A stretch of 64,000 nucleotides of DNA from the human T2T-CHM13v2.0 reference genome, Homo sapiens, in the NCBI GenBank assembly GCA_009914755.4, contig CP086569.2, positions 6,912,001-6,976,000 on the forward strand, given 5' to 3'. The notes beneath the pieces are model-generated. The model worked only from the letters and a program-made list of their open reading frames with translations. It searched no databases and was not told where the DNA came from. Made by a program: the position numbers and the translations under genes. Each line of letters opens with the position of its first letter. Positions within the stretch are counted from its first letter, which is position 1. Below, piece after piece: positions 55,880 through 64,000 of the stretch.

Positions 55880-56085
55880 GACTGGCTTCTTTCAGTTACT
55901 GTAATGTCCTTCAGATTCCCCCATCCTGTAGAAAGGAATTTCCCTCCTTTCTAAGCCCGAGTAGCGTTCCATCGTATAGAGGATACAGCATGTTGTGTTT
56001 ACCCATTCATTCATCCTTGGACACTGGGGTGCCTTCCACCTCTTGGCTGTAGTGAATAATGGTGCTATGAACAAGGTTCGGCAAA
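55880..56085 (-). mobile_element. L1 fragment (ORF2 C-terminal region), antisense to the gene
   Basis: The minus-strand ORF 55892..56074 MFIAPLFTTAKRWKAPQCPRMNEWVNTTCCILYTMERYSGL... is an L1 ORF2 C-terminal motif (compare [19 protein letters not shown]...[14 protein letters not shown]...). Confidence 0.7.
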
Positions 56086-56149
56086 TATCTGTTCCAGTGC
56101 CTGCTTTCAGCTGCTTGAATACATTTTTTTAATTTATTATTATTATTAT

Positions 56150-56432
56150 TTTGAGATGGGGTCTCACTCTGTTACCCAGGCTGGAGTGCAGTGGTGATCT
56201 TGGGTCTCTGCAACCTCTGCCTGCCGGATTCAAGCGATTCTCCCACCTCATCCTACTAGTAGCTGGGATTACAAGCATGCAACACCATGCCCGGCTCATT
56301 TTGTATTTTTAGTAAATATAGGTTTTCACCTTGTTGACCAGGCTGATCTGGAATTCCTGACCTCAGGTGATCTACCCACCTGGGCCTTCTAAAGTGCTAG
56401 GATTACAGGCGTGAGCCACCACCCCTGGCCCC
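56150..56432 (-). mobile_element. Alu
   Basis: ttattattattattttgagatggggtctcactctgttacccaggctggagtgcagtggtgatcttggg...gtgctaggattacaggcgtgagccaccacccctggcc. Confidence 0.9.
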
Positions 56433-56619
56433 TTGATACATTTTTAGTATTGTAATTAAATGCTTTTCCCACTGTTGCAGGGAGCCTATGCAGTGTTTTT
56501 AGTTAAATATTTTTTCTGAGGCTTACCTCAAGTTTTCCTGTCTTCCACTTACCCTCCCTCATTCCCAGGTAACTGTATTTCACAGCCTGGTATGGATCCT
56601 TCTGTACTGTTCTTTGTGT

Positions 56620-56790
56620 TAAAAAGCCCCCTCACACACACAAGCATGTGCACACACAAGCACATATGCACACAAGCACACACACGTGCACATGCACACA
56701 TACACATGTGCACATGCACACATGCACGCACACATGTATGCATGCATGCACACACACAATGCGCACGCATGCCCCATGCAGTTTGGCCTC
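56620..56790. repeat. Degenerate (CA)n/(CATG)/(CACG) low-complexity tract
   Basis: cctcacacacacaagcatgtgcacacacaagcacatatgcacacaagcacacacacgtgcacatgcacacatacacatgtgcacatgcacacatgcacgcacacatgtatgcatgcatgcacacacacaatgcgcacgcatgcc. Confidence 0.9.
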
Positions 56791-57282
56791 ATGCCACTAG
56801 AGTATGCATCATTTTTGTCTCTTGTTTTCTTGGAGATCCCTCTGGGGTATTTTGAGGAGGAGAAGTTGTATTATTATTGTGTTGTTGTTAATTTTTAGAC
56901 ATTCAGGGACACACGTGGAGTTTTGGTACATGGATGTATCATGTCATGGTGAGCTTTGGGCTTCTAGGGTACCCCTTACCCAAATAGTGAACATTGTACC
57001 CGATAGGTAATTTCTCAGCCCTCAACCCCTTCCCAGCCTTCCCCTTTTGGGAGTCCCCGTATCTGTTATTTCCATTTCTATGTCCATGTGGACCCACTGT
57101 TGAGCTCCCACTTTTGAGCGAGACTATGCGGTATTTGACTTTCTGTGTCTCAGTTATTTTACTTAGGATAGTGGTTTCCAGTTCCATCCCTGTCGTTACA
57201 AAATACATGATTTTTTTTATAGCAATGTTGACATACTGTATTTTCTGTGGCTTTTATATACTAAATTTTCTTTATGCAGTCA

Positions 57283-57612
<330 letters not shown>

Positions 57613-58202
57613 AGAAAAGTAAGAAAACAACAGATGTTGGTGTGGAAGTGGAGGAAAGTGGCCGTGGATGCGCTGCTGGTGCGGAGGAGGTCTTCCAGTG
57701 CATGCAGCAGGGGAGGTGACCTCACTTCTCCTCGAGAGGAGCTCAGCTGTGCAAGGCAGTGTTGGAGAGGATGGGAGGGTGCATGTGACCCTAGGAGCAA
57801 GGCTGTGTGCCTGTGGGCATGCACTTCCTGGTGACGTTTCCTTGGACCCCACAGTGGGAAAAACAGGAGCCCCTCTGCCCTCTCATTCCTCTTTCTCTGT
57901 ATTTGCATTTGCTGTCTTGCTGGTCTCAAGATTCCCAAGCGCTGCTGCCAGCCCACCCCTTCAGCCTGCCAAGCTACATGTGTGCGCCCACTTGACCACT
58001 CTCTGAGCCTTCTGCTCAGGTGCCTCCCACCAAAAATGAGTTCCTGCTCTTCCTCCTTGCCCCTCAGCCCTAGTCATTTCCTCATTTGCAGTTCCCCGTT
58101 TATAAGTGCCCCTTCTGCTCTTGGAGCTCAGCCAGGAACCATTTTTTATTTCCTTTTCTTTGGCTCTGTATTCACTCTCATCCTGAATCCTGCCCTTTTA
58201 AT

Positions 58203-58498
58203 TTTTTTTTTTTTTGAAAAGATGTGGTCTTGCCATCTCATCCAGGCTGAAGTGCAGTGGTACAGTCATGTCTCACTGCATCCTTGACCTCCTAGGCTCA
58301 AGGGATCCTCCCACCTCAGCCTCCCAAGAAACTGGGACCACAAATGCACACCACTATGTCCAGCTAATTAAAAAATTTTTTTTGTAGGGACAGGATCTCA
58401 CTATGTTGCTCAGGCTGGTCTCAAACTCATGGTTTCAAGCGTTTCCCCTGCCTCGGCCTCCTAAGTAGCTAGGATTACAGGTGCACACCACCATGCCT
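58203..58498 (-). mobile_element. Alu
   Basis: tttttttttttttgaaaagatgtggtcttgccatctcatccaggctgaagtgcagtggtacagtc...ctaggattacaggtgcacaccaccatgcc. Confidence 0.85.
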
Positions 58499-58671
58499 TG
58501 ACCCTTTCCAATTCTCAAACACATCTCCAGAGCCCATCTACATCAATGATGTCTTCACAGAAGCCGCCGTAGCTTATCTAAATTCCCTCCCCTTCTCTCC
58601 ATTGATCTCCGATCTCTGCAGAACTCACCCCTTCCTGCTGTATCAGCCCAAACCTTTCTGACATGAAAATA

Positions 58672-58790
58672 GGCTGGGTGCAGTGACTCAAGCCTGTAAT
58701 CTCAGCACTTGTGGAGGCTGAGGTGGGAGAACTGCTTGAGACCAGGAGTTTGAGACCAACCTGGGCATCATACTGAGACCCCATCTCTAA
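58672..58790 (+). mobile_element. Alu monomer (FLAM-like)
   Basis: ggctgggtgcagtgactcaagcctgtaatctcagcacttgtggaggctgaggtgggagaactgcttgagaccaggagtttgagaccaacctgggcatcatactgagaccccatctc. Confidence 0.8.
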
Positions 58791-58794
58791 TTTT

Positions 58795-59180
58795 TTTTTT
58801 TTTGCAAAGACAGGGCCTTTCTCTGTTGCCCAGGATGGAGTGCGGTGGTGCCATCATAGTTCACTGCAGCCTCATTCTCCTGGGCCCAAGTTATCCTCCC
58901 ACCGCAGCCTCCCAGGTAGCTGGGACTGTAGGCCTGTACCACCAAGCCTGGCTAATTTTTAAATTTTGAGGGTCTTGCTGTGTTGTCCAGACTGATCTTG
59001 AACTCTTGAGTACAAGTGATTTTCCTACCTCAGTCTCTCAAGTAGCTAGGAGTACAGGTGTACACCTCAGGCCCACCTAATTTTTAATTTTTTTTTATAG
59101 AGACATGGTCTTGCTTTGTGCCTAGGCTGGTTTTGAGCTCCTGGGCTCAAGTGGTCTGCCACCTTGGCCCCACAAAGTGC
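58795..59180 (-). mobile_element. Two partial Alu copies
   Basis: tttttttttttgcaaagacagggcctttctctgttgcccaggatggagtgcggtggtgccatc...gctgggactgtaggcctgtaccaccaagcctggc. Then gagggtcttgctgtgttgtccagactgatcttgaactcttgagtacaagtgattttcctacctcagtctctcaagtagctaggagtacaggtgtacacc...gagacatggtcttgctttgtgcctaggctggttttgagctcctgggctcaagtggtctgccaccttggcc. Confidence 0.75.
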
Positions 59181-59867
59181 TGGAGCACTTTGGCCTCTAG
59201 CCTTCTTTTATGTCCCTCCCCAGTCTTCCTTTGGCCTTCAGCTGTGGGGACAGAGATGCCCCCTGCCTCCCTGTCCCCACCTTCTACCTGGTCTTGCAAG
59301 ACCCCCTCCAGGCATCCTTCCAAGTTTACAGTGTAATGTCTGTTCCCCCTCAAACCTGCAAAGCTCATGATAGTCACAAGATCTGCCCTTCCTGATATTG
59401 TGTACCGAGGACATTGCTTGGCACATAAGGGGCCCTTGTCCAAAACATCTGGAAACCAATAAAGAATGTGGCTGGTGAGTTACTGATTAATGTGTTGATG
59501 AATTCATTGATTGCTGAGGCTAGTACGTACAGTAAGGGTTAGGTTTTGAACATGCTTCTCATATCTATCGTGATAAACCCTCTTATCGTCTATTGCTTTT
59601 GAACTTTTATAGACTTGATGTCAGGGAAAGAGTCCCGCATTTAACTGGAATCGTTGAACTGATGCACCGGTTTCTAATTTTCCAAACTCAGATTTGAAAT
59701 CACCTGTGGTCACTAAACTCTGTCCTATCCCACAGCCCCTGCACATGGTGACTTATGTTTTGTAAATGTTTTTTGGAGATAGTAAAGTCAATATCTCTTT
59801 GAATATTTTGTTCCTTACCTTTGGTAAGACCTAGCCCTGCACAAATTCTGTCCATGTAAGCAAAGTC

Positions 59868-60166
59868 TTTTTTTTTTTTTTTCCAGATAAGGTCTGGCTC
59901 TGTCACTGAGGCTGCAGTGCAGAGGTTCAGTCATAGCTCACTGCAGCCTTCAACTCCTGGGCTCAGGCAGTCCTTCCGCCTCAGCCTCTTAAGTACCTGA
60001 GACTACAGGCATGCACAACCACACCCGGCTAATCTTTTTATTTTTTTGCAGAGACAGAGTGTCCCTATGTTGCCCAGGCTAGTTTCAAACTCTTGGTTTC
60101 AAGTGATCCTCTTGCCTCAGTCTCCCAAAGTGCTGGGATTACAGGTGTGAGCCACCACACTCGCCT
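59868..60166 (-). mobile_element. Alu
   Basis: T-run, then ccagataaggtctggctctgtcactgaggctgcagtgcagaggttcagtc...gtgctgggattacaggtgtgagccaccacactcgcc. Confidence 0.9.
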
Positions 60167-60949
60167 GCAAAGTCTGATAAAAGATTTGAAGGAAGGATGT
60201 CTCAGAGAACTTTTTTTTTCTTATACTATTTACTTAATCTTATTGATTTGGGGAAGGGCAAGGGAATCCCAGTTTTCTAGATTTTTTTTTTTCTTATAGG
60301 AATATGTTTTTACTTGGTACCTCTCTCTGTGTAAACTATTGCTTCTTAAAGATGCTGAGGGGTGATCCCGCATTAGTGTATAGGTAAAAATGATGTCTCC
60401 ATTTCATATATACTGATTAGGTGACTTTTTTAAGCCTTGTGGTTTGTTGATGTTGATTTTACTGAGACACTTGTGGAACAGATGTATTTTCATACAACCT
60501 TACACATCTCAGTAGTTTTCCCCACTCGTGCAGTAACTTTTTCTCCCCTGCTTTCTCTCCTCCTCTCCCCACCTCTTCTTCCTTCCCCTCCTCTCCTCGT
60601 CCCTTCCCTCCTCTTCTCATTTGATACAAAGCCCTAGCTCTCTTCCTCTACAGATCATCCTACCCATGGTTGAAATTGCAACTTCCCCTGCAAGCCAAGT
60701 GACCGAACCTGAGATGTTTGTATTGTCAGGGCTTGCATATTCTACATGCCTGCATAATCCCCAAAGTTCTTTCATTCCTTGCTTCTAACCTACCCAAATC
60801 CTTCTAATCTCCCACCACGGTTAATTATCTCTGATGCTCCTGAAAGGTGACCTGCTGCTACATTGTGACAAGGTGATGCATTATTCTTAAGAGGATCTGT
60901 ACAGATTATTATCCCAGAGTGGGATAGATGGGGGAGGATACAGTATATA

Positions 60950-61095
60950 TCCAAAGAATATGTTGCAAACTAATAGGAGGGAGAGAGAGAGAGGGAGAGA
61001 GAGAGAGAGAGAGATGAATGGGGAGGATACAGGATATATCCAAAGAATGTGTTGCAAACTAATGGGGGGGTGAGGGAATGAGGGAGGGAATGCAT
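60950..61095 (+). repeat. Tandem duplication of ~75 bp with an internal (GA)n
   Basis: ggggaggatacagtatatatccaaagaatatgttgcaaactaataggagggagagagagagagggagagagagagagagagagatgaatggggaggatacaggatatatccaaagaatgtgttgcaaactaatgggggggtgagggaatgagggagg. Confidence 0.85.
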
Positions 61096-61549
61096 CTTTT
61101 TCTTGCATATTTCAGCCATTCTCTTCAGCCACATTAATAGTTGTACACAGCGGTCTTGTTATTGCCTTGACCATTTTTGTGGCCTGAAGAAATTTAGAAA
61201 GTCACGAGCTGACACAGAAGTTTATTGTAAAAGTTCACCAGTACGATAGTATTTGGATCTTGGAAAATATTTCCCCACCAGAACAGTGAAACTGTGGTTG
61301 TCTTCTAAGGTCATCCACAGAAGTACAGTTTGACTCTCATGCGTTTGAGATACCATGTGCTTAATCACGAAGTATTGCTGAGAGGAACACTCTTGCCCAA
61401 CCAATAATGGTGCAAAACAGAACAATAGGGCATTTAGCTAGGAGAAAATGACTTGAGATGTCAGCTATAAGATGAAAGGAGTGTGGGTATGTGGTAGGTC
61501 TTTATAACTCCAACAGATTGCTCTAGAAAACAATCACTACATACCAAAA

Positions 61550-61700
<151 letters not shown>

Positions 61701-62169
61701 AAAACAAACAAACAAAACAAAGCAACAAAACCACTCCAACAGATACTTCTCCCTCCTCATATACTCTCCCTGGATCCCTTTATGCCTCAAGACCACAGAT
61801 TTTGAACTTGCTGAGCTGTAGTGAGTGGAGAGGTGGGACACAGGTGCACAGCCTTCAGTAACTGAAGGAAAAAAAAACAAAAGAAATTTCTAATCCTGAG
61901 CTTCCTGAGCTCCCTTCAGCCACTCAGCTGCTGAGGGGCAGGAATCTAGCAGCAAGGTGGAGAGCGGAAGGCATTCCTACAACCTGTATTTGTGGGTCAT
62001 TAGTCCCCGAACTCCAGCATCCTTGCAGAATCTGCAAATTTTAAAGTGCATCAGGTAAGACTTTTTTATATAAGAGGCCTATATTTTGCTAATACATATA
62101 AACATTGTGTTTAGTCAAATAAATGTTTATTTAAAATTGACAGTAGCATGTTGTTTTATTTATTTATTT

Positions 62170-62455
62170 TTTTCTTTTAGGGATAGGATCTGGCTCTGTC
62201 ACCCAGGTTGAAGTGCAGTGATGTTGTGATCATAGCTCATTGCAAGCCTCCAATTCCTGGGCTCAAGTGATCCTCCCACCTCAGCCTCCTGAATTGCTGG
62301 GACGCCACCATGCCTGGCTGATTCTTTTATTGTAGAGATGGGGTCTTGCTGTGCTGCTTATGCTGCTTTCGAACACCTGGCCTCAAGTGATCCTCCTGCC
62401 TTGGCTTCCCGAAGTGCTGGGATGACAGGCATTGAGCCACTGTGCCCAGCCTATG
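62170..62455 (-). mobile_element. Alu
   Basis: tttttttcttttagggataggatctggctctgtcacccaggttgaagtgcagtgatgttgtgatc...gtgctgggatgacaggcattgagccactgtgcccagcc. Confidence 0.85.
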
Positions 62456-62857
62456 ACTTTTCCTAGCATTAATCTCTGTGTCATTGTAAGCTGTCTCCTG
62501 GGTCTTTGCCTTCATTCTACACTGTTTTGGTGGAATGGCCTGTGCTGGCAGACAAGCCCGTCTGGTTGACCTTGAGCATCCTTCCCTGTCCTCAGGAAAG
62601 GTTTCCTGCGCATTGTTTTGTTTTCTTTGTACACCGACTGGCTGCAACTCATTGGAATGACCTTGCAAGGGAGCATCCATGATAGTGTCATGATCAGATG
62701 AAACATAACAGTATGTGTCCTGGTCATGGTTAAGATTGTCTTTTATGCTTCCGATTCTTCTGGGTGCCGTCTGCTGGTGGCCCTCTCATGTGCTAATGGA
62801 AACATGGGCATGCTGGTGTCTTCTAGGTCCTCTCCAAAAACAAAGCCCAGGTTAGGC

Positions 62858-63140
62858 ACAGTGTCTCACGTCTGTAATCCCAGCATTTTCGGAGGACGAG
62901 GTGGGAGGATCACTTCAGCCCTGGAGTTCAAGACCAGTGTGGGCAACACAGTGAGATCCTGTCTGTACAAATAATAATAATAATGATGATAATAATAATA
63001 ATAATAATAATAAAATAAGCCAGGCGTGGTGACATGCACCTGTAGTCCTAGTTGGGAGGCTGAGGTAGGAGAATTGCTTGAGCCCAGGAGGTTGAGGCTG
63101 CATGAGCCATGATTGTACCATTGCACTTCAGCCTAGTGGA
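62858..63140 (+). mobile_element. Alu whose middle A-rich linker has expanded into an (ATA/ATG)n repeat (62965-63012)
   Basis: ggcacagtgtctcacgtctgtaatcccagcattttcggaggacgaggtgggaggatcacttcagccctggagttcaagaccagtgtgggcaacacagtgagatcctgtctgtacaaataataataataatgatgataataataataataataataaaataagccaggcgtggtgacatgcacctgtagtcctagttgggaggctgaggtaggagaattgcttgagcccaggaggttgaggctgcatgagccatgattgtaccattgcacttcagcc. Confidence 0.85.
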
Positions 63141-63599
63141 TAGAGTAAGAACCTGTTCCCAAACACCCCAAACAAACAAAATCCCAAAACCCTTAGTTCC
63201 ACATCTTGCATCATTTCCCCCACCTCTTCTTTAGGAGCAAACCTTTCATTATCCATGCATATCTCTCCAAACTGTATTTATATTTGTGCTGAGATGTTGA
63301 ATGCACAAGACGTACCTCAGTATCTTTTGTTCCCTACTTTCATCTCTACCCCTCCCTCTTCCTTGATCTCTCATTGCTGTGTTTTCTTCCACTGATCAAC
63401 ACCTTTGTAAGGAGAAGGCACCTTGGGCAAGCTACCACAAGCAAGTAATTAGGAATACCTCATTTGGGGCTTTTTAAAAGGGCTTTTTCCCAGTAGGTTT
63501 GGGATGCAGTCTGCAAGTTTATTGTTGATTCCCAGGCTTTTAATGATAGTTCCAGGTTACTGAATTGGGTGTGATCTCTGAAGATCTATGTGTTGTTGG

Positions 63600-64000
63600 T
63601 TAGTAGGTTAGGGCTGCCATAACAAAGTAGCATAGATTGGGTGGATTAAACAACATTGATTTATTTTTTTACCATTCTTAAAGCTAGAATTTTGAGAAGA
63701 ATATGTTAGCAGGGCTGGTGCCTCTTGAGGCACCTTGGCTTGTAGATGCCATCTTCTCCCTGTGTCCTTACATGGTTGTCCTTCTGTGTGTGTCTGTGTC
63801 CTCATCCTCTCCTCTTAGAAGGACTCCAGTCCTGTTGGGCTGGGGCGCATTCTACCACCACATTTTATCTTAATCACCTCTTTACATGCCCTGTCTCCAA
63901 ATACAGTCATATTCTGAGGTCTTGAGAGTCTGGTCTTCTACATATGGATATTGGGAGGATGCAGTTCAGTCCATAGCGCACTGTTAGCTGGTGTATTACA
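63600..64000 (-). mobile_element. Old L1 3'-end fragment (same family as 20440-20725); it runs off the window end
   Basis: gttagtaggttagggctgccataacaaagtagcatagattgggtggattaaacaacattgatttattttttt...cttggcttgtagatgccatcttctccctgtgtccttacatggttgtccttctgtgtgtgtctgtgtcctcatcctctcctcttagaaggactccagtcctgttgggctggggcgcattctaccaccacattttatcttaatcacctctttacatgccctgtctccaaatacagtcatattctgagg. Confidence 0.55.

Overview
This window is primate, almost certainly human, genomic DNA. I see no prokaryotic or phage architecture, so no CRISPR array, operon or defence system can be called. I recognise the 5' end of the X/Y-homologous protein kinase gene pair PRKX/PRKY on the + strand.

Gene structure: coding exon 1 runs from the ATG at 14640 to the donor at 14805/14806 and encodes MEAPGPAQAAAAESNSREVTEDAADWAPALCPSPEARSPEAPAYRLQDCDALVTMG. 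A ~29.4 kb intron 1 follows. Coding exon 2 (44260-44428) encodes the kinase glycine-rich loop and the beta3 lysine. About 19.5 kb of intron 2 follows. Exon 1 sits in a ~1.5 kb CpG island, with a second CpG-rich block ~1.7 kb further upstream.

The residue pattern (PAQ/ESNS/DCDALVTMG and IRRKQEQ instead of IRLKQEQ) and the plus-strand orientation make me favour the Y copy, PRKY, over PRKX. This is recalled paralogue knowledge and needs an alignment to confirm.

The rest is repeat-dominated, and most six-frame ORFs in the track are repeat-encoded or GC-island artefacts. The repeats I can support are listed below; the full inventory is in the features.
- About 60 Alu copies.
- An HERV9-type LTR12 about 9.5 kb upstream of the ATG, in the same orientation as the gene.
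- A young 5'-truncated L1PA insertion with target-site duplications.
- Several older L1 3'-end fragments, all antisense to the gene.
- A duplicated block of hAT-like MITE copies with GATA/GATG microsatellites.
- Purine, pyrimidine and dinucleotide tracts.
- A short interstitial telomere-like (CCCTAA)n run next to a duplicated LTR-like unit.

Repeat coordinates are hand-read and approximate (about +/- 15 bp). Exon coordinates are exact to the base as read.
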